Shown: positions 60,346 through 64,000 of the stretch, piece by piece
Numbering within the stretch: position 1 is the stretch's first letter
How the letters are laid out: each line of letters begins with the position of its first letter
Virus record (IMG/VR): IMGVR_UViG_3300042914_002848
Source of the DNA: a virus
Lineage: Duplodnaviria; Heunggongvirae; Uroviricota; Caudoviricetes
Direction: 5' to 3' (one strand)
DNA: 64,000 nucleotides
Made by a program: the position numbers and the translations under genes
The notes under the pieces: generated by a model
What the model saw: the letters and a program-made list of their open reading frames with translations, nothing else
Database searches by the model: none
Told to the model about the DNA's origin: nothing

Positions 60346-61801
60346 TTATCCATTATATATGTTATGGTTTTTTTCTATTAAGATATATATCCCAGCTTTA
60401 CCAAACGATACTTGATAACCCCAAGACCTATTATCCAAAGTAATTCCATAATCTTTTAAACTCGCTATTATTTTTGATTCACCTTGCCCACGAAATATAG
60501 CATGAACAGTACAATCAGCGTAATCAATAGATACACCATCTATTTGAGATATCATCCATTTTGGGGTGATATATAGTTCGTCAACAGGTATTTGTATTAC
60601 CATTTTTCATCCTCATCATCAAACAAATCTAATCCTTTATAATCAGAATTGTTTTGTTTCATATTATCAACACCCCGTGCCCAACGAATGGACAGGGGTA
60701 TTGCAATAAGTAGTATAATTACAAATGCTATCATCGTAATTGTGGGGTAATTAAAAAATGAATAACTTTAAAAAGTGATGTTCTTGAATCCTTTCCTTGT
60801 TCAGTCCATACCCACCTGTTTTCTTGTGAATCATCAATATGGGTTCTACCATCTAACCAATTTATCACCTCTTCCATATTCATATTCTTACACACAACCC
60901 CCCATTGGTCTATAATATCAAATCCTTTGTTTAGAGTGTATTGATACCTTCTTATTTTGAGGTTTGCTCCCTCATTATTAATTAGTGTTAATTCGTTCAT
61001 AACTTATTTATTTAATTCTATCTGATGTTTTAATTCTTTGCAAATTTCAAATTGTTCTATCATTTCAAAATAAGGTAAAATATACTCTATCATTTCAATT
61101 TTTTGTTGATTAGAATATCCAGAAAATATAAAATCATCTGATTTGTATGTTTCATATATATTCCACATTGCTTTATCTAAAATCTCAATGTCTAAAACTT
61201 CGTTCATAACTTATATTTTTTTAATTGCTGGATGTGATTATAGTACCACATATCGTAATATACACCCCGTATATCCTATAGGTCTATACTCTTCAGGATT
61301 ATCTAATACTCTTTCTAACATATTACGAATCATTTGTTTATCATCTTCATATGTTCTTTTAGGCGCGTCAATATCTTGAGGAAACTCAGGTGACCAAGTT
61401 AATGTTATACTTTGTTTTGGTTCAAAGGTTTCTGAGTTATATGTTATAGGTGCAAACACACATCCATCTTTTACTGGCTTATACATCTCTCCTGGTTCGT
61501 ACATTTTTGGAGTAAATGATATAGTATAAACATATCCTACTTTATGTTTATAAGTTGGATTTTCGGAATCTGATATTTTAATAGATTTCGCAACAATGGG
61601 AGTTGTCTTGTCTTCAGTAAGACCTGAAGGTAATTCCATCCATATAATCTTATCAAACTCAAAATGTTTAATTAGTTCTGCTTCTATTTGAATACGTTGT
61701 TCTTCGGTTAATTTGGTTATTGATTCAATATCATTATAACCATAAGTTTTATCTGCACTTCCGCAGATTGATAGTAGTTTTTCTGTTAAATTTGATTTCA
61801 T
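60346..61801 (-). other. Small hypothetical ORFs (60346-60603, 60731-61000, 61004-61207, 61238-61801)
   Basis: Co-oriented packed ORFs. Confidence 0.55.
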
Positions 61802-61871
61802 AATTTATTTTTTTAATTTGATAAGGATGCTTTAATTGTTGTGGTTACTTCTTCTACCTGTTTTGATTTTT

Positions 61872-62879
61872 TCATCCTCGAACCTTTTTAATTACTTCTA
61901 TATTTTCTTTTGTTAATCCTTCCCAAACTGGGTCACCCGATGCTTTCTGTGCCCAGTATTGTTTAGCTAATTTATTCATTGTTGATTTATATTCTTTAAA
62001 CCGTCTATCTTCCTCTTTTTTATCATCAATCAGCTCAATATCCTCAGCATAGCTATTTACTTCATGGTTCATCTCATCTATTAGCTTCATATCAACAAAG
62101 TACACATCGCCTAATGGTTTAACGGCGTATATAGGACGACCCCCACCGTGTAGATATTCAACTGCATCATCAATAGTTTTGAATACATATGTGGTCTTTT
62201 CTCGAGATGGTGCTGATGATGGTCTATTTTCTTCTAAAAAAGATTCAATGAATTTGAAAGCCATTTCCATTTTATTACCCATTGAACTTCCACCAATCGT
62301 ACTTTTGACATATTTTTTTGAATCAAAATATGGTTTAATGATGTCTCCTGGTTTAAGGTTATCATTTGCCGATACGTGGTAGTAAGCACCTTTGACTTTG
62401 AGAGCTCCAAATTCTTTTTGTTTATTACTATTCCAAATGCTTTTAGTAACATCATTAAACTTAGAAAAATCAATACCATCTACTGTAGTTTTATACTTAT
62501 TATAGGCATTATTGTCTCTTAAAAATTTTGAAAATCTACCAAACTGTAAAAGCTTAGACCAGGGCTCCTTAACTAAAAAGGACTTAAATCTGTCTTGCAT
62601 CTTGCTGTTCTTTATAGCTGATACCACACGATTAAAATCAGATTTTTTTATAGCTATTAAATCATTAGCATCTCCACCACCTATAGAGTTGTTATATTTT
62701 TTAAAAGTATCACTTCTACTATCAAAGTTAGCTTCTTTCCAAGCAAATTCCCACAAATTAATACCTTGTAGTGCGTGTTTAATATCTTTACTAACAACTG
62801 TTGGAAATCTTAAAGCTACCTTATCATTAAAGAAGGCATCATCAGTCACTTCCTTTAATAAATCTATTAATCGTACCAT
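61872..62879 (-). CDS. Putative ADP-ribosyltransferase-fold protein (DUF2441/Arr-like) with short leader
   Basis: YYHVS...LKPGDII, E..RP..PSR...YVF, IYAV, YW.......WE. Confidence 0.55.
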   Translation of the reverse strand: MVRLIDLLKEVTDDAFFNDKVALRFPTVVSKDIKHALQGINLWEFAWKEANFDSRSDTFKKYNNSIGGGDANDLIAIKKSDFNRVVSAIKNSKMQDRFKSFLVKEPWSKLLQFGRFSKFLRDNNAYNKYKTTVDGIDFSKFNDVTKSIWNSNKQKEFGALKVKGAYYHVSANDNLKPGDIIKPYFDSKKYVKSTIGGSSMGNKMEMAFKFIESFLEENRPSSAPSREKTTYVFKTIDDAVEYLHGGGRPIYAVKPLGDVYFVDMKLIDEMNHEVNSYAEDIELIDDKKEEDRRFKEYKSTMNKLAKQYWAQKASGDPVWEGLTKENIEVIKKVRG

Positions 62880-62939
62880 ATTAATAAATATGTATCAATT
62901 TGATAAAGGTAATTTAATTGTTGAGTAATGATTGTGTCT

Positions 62940-63176
62940 TCATTTTATAATTTTTACTTCAGCTTCAGTTTCAATTATAACTCTTGCGCCACAAGAAATC
63001 AAGGGCTTGATTTCAGTCCCAGAACCACAATAGGTGATTTTACTTGGTCCTAAAATCTCAACCTCGTTACAATAGGTATTTTTTTTACCTTGTTTAACTG
63101 TAATAACTGGTAAATCCGTTCCTTTTGTTTTGTTGGAACGAATGTGATGTTGGTTGACGTGGATTTTAGTTTTCAA
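62940..63176 (-). CDS. Conserved phage hypothetical protein
   Basis: IHVNQH.IR.N, CGARVIIET. Confidence 0.6.
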   Translation of the reverse strand: MKTKIHVNQHHIRSNKTKGTDLPVITVKQGKKNTYCNEVEILGPSKITYCGSGTEIKPLISCGARVIIETEAEVKIIK

Positions 63177-63206
63177 AATTCAAGAGATTTAATTGATGGG
63201 TGTGAT

Positions 63207-63848
63207 TTAAGATAACTCAAATGCTTCAATAGTTAATTCAAACGGATTACCTTCTATGTTTTTTACTTCATCTAACATCATTTGAGCCAATTCTCTTACC
63301 TCTAACTGCGCATGTTCACTATTCCTCAACTTTTGGAAATGGTAAAATGAACGCCAATTAAACATAACATCCATACTAATTTGAGAGTTCATAGTTTTGA
63401 AAAACCTTGCACTCTCTTTTGCTCTTTTTCTACCTAATATGGGTGTAAGTTCTTCTAAACATTCATGATATAATCTATTACAATCATCGGTATTTTCTTT
63501 TAGTATCTTGGCCCAGTCTCTTACTACAGGGCTGTCGTGTGTAAACCAATCATCTGGAATGTAGGTTTTATCTTCTTTTAGTTCTTTGTAACGGGCACTC
63601 TCCCCATTAATTGAAACACCAATGCGATGCTTGAGTAAGTGGATATGAGTTGCCTGGTCTACTGTAACAAGAAAATGAAGAGACGATTTTTCAAATGGTG
63701 TATGGTGTCCTTCACTTGCGAGCATCTTTAACAACTTACCAACTCTACCGATTTTTTCTTCAGTTAAATCTCGTGATGTAGATGTCCATGCGGATTGGGC
63801 ATGAACTAAATCCGAACCATAATATCCTAATAATTCTATTTTATTCAT
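63207..63848 (-). CDS. thyX: FAD-dependent thymidylate synthase
   Basis: HHTPFE, LKHR..SINGESARY, KESARF, NWRS..F.KLR...HAQLEVR. Confidence 0.93.
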   Translation of the reverse strand: MNKIELLGYYGSDLVHAQSAWTSTSRDLTEEKIGRVGKLLKMLASEGHHTPFEKSSLHFLVTVDQATHIHLLKHRIGVSINGESARYKELKEDKTYIPDDWFTHDSPVVRDWAKILKENTDDCNRLYHECLEELTPILGRKRAKESARFFKTMNSQISMDVMFNWRSFYHFQKLRNSEHAQLEVRELAQMMLDEVKNIEGNPFELTIEAFELS

Positions 63849-64000
63849 AACTTTCTATTGTTTCGTTGTTATAAGTTATTGTGATTAGTTTGGTTGGGAT
63901 ACTAGGATCTTTAGATTTAACTGTACCAATACTATAATTAGTATCCACTTTACCCACACCCCTTCTTATATTATATAATATATTCAATTCACTTTTACTC

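Noticed and set aside
1759-62928. Plus-strand ORFs in the track
   Set aside because: Shadows of minus-strand genes, tRNAs or low-complexity DNA with no motifs
1-64000. Alternative genetic code or suppressor tRNA
   Set aside because: Long genes are intact in code 11, TAG and TGA both end real genes, and no CTA/TCA/TTA anticodon was found

Overview
A 64 kb piece of a large AT-rich myovirus-like (probably jumbo) phage genome with essentially all real genes on the minus strand. The host is almost certainly Bacteroidota: promoters are of the TAnnTTTG type, one protein carries a T9SS C-terminal domain, and signal peptides are followed by Gln. From left to right the window holds: (i) a replication/recombination block (fused SbcD-SbcC, primase, Mom-like enzyme, T7-type endonuclease I); (ii) baseplate/tail genes and a gp55-like sigma factor; (iii) auxiliary genes (ClpP, UvsE, short PurA, Hsp20, MoxR-AAA/vWA pair, thioesterase, dCMP deaminase, RpiB); (iv) 27 tRNA genes covering all 20 amino acids, interleaved with tRNA-like and other structured RNAs; (v) an early region of small genes behind a repeated composite promoter, including RNA-repair genes; (vi) a low-complexity origin/terminus-like segment; (vii) a run of genes sharing an MKLxELRQLIREE-type leader; and (viii) ThyX. 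Most notable unannotated signals: an integron-like attC cassette array at 46.6-47.6 kb whose ORFs or promoters lie inside the attC hairpins; a leader-peptide attenuator containing 19 of 20 amino acids upstream of the tRNA operon; three RNAs with an identical tRNA acceptor/T-arm but unrelated interiors; a 25-nt long-range helix enclosing the Hsp20 mRNA; and DnaA-box/palindrome-bearing promoter repeats. All calls come from reading the sequence and recalling motifs; no searches were run.
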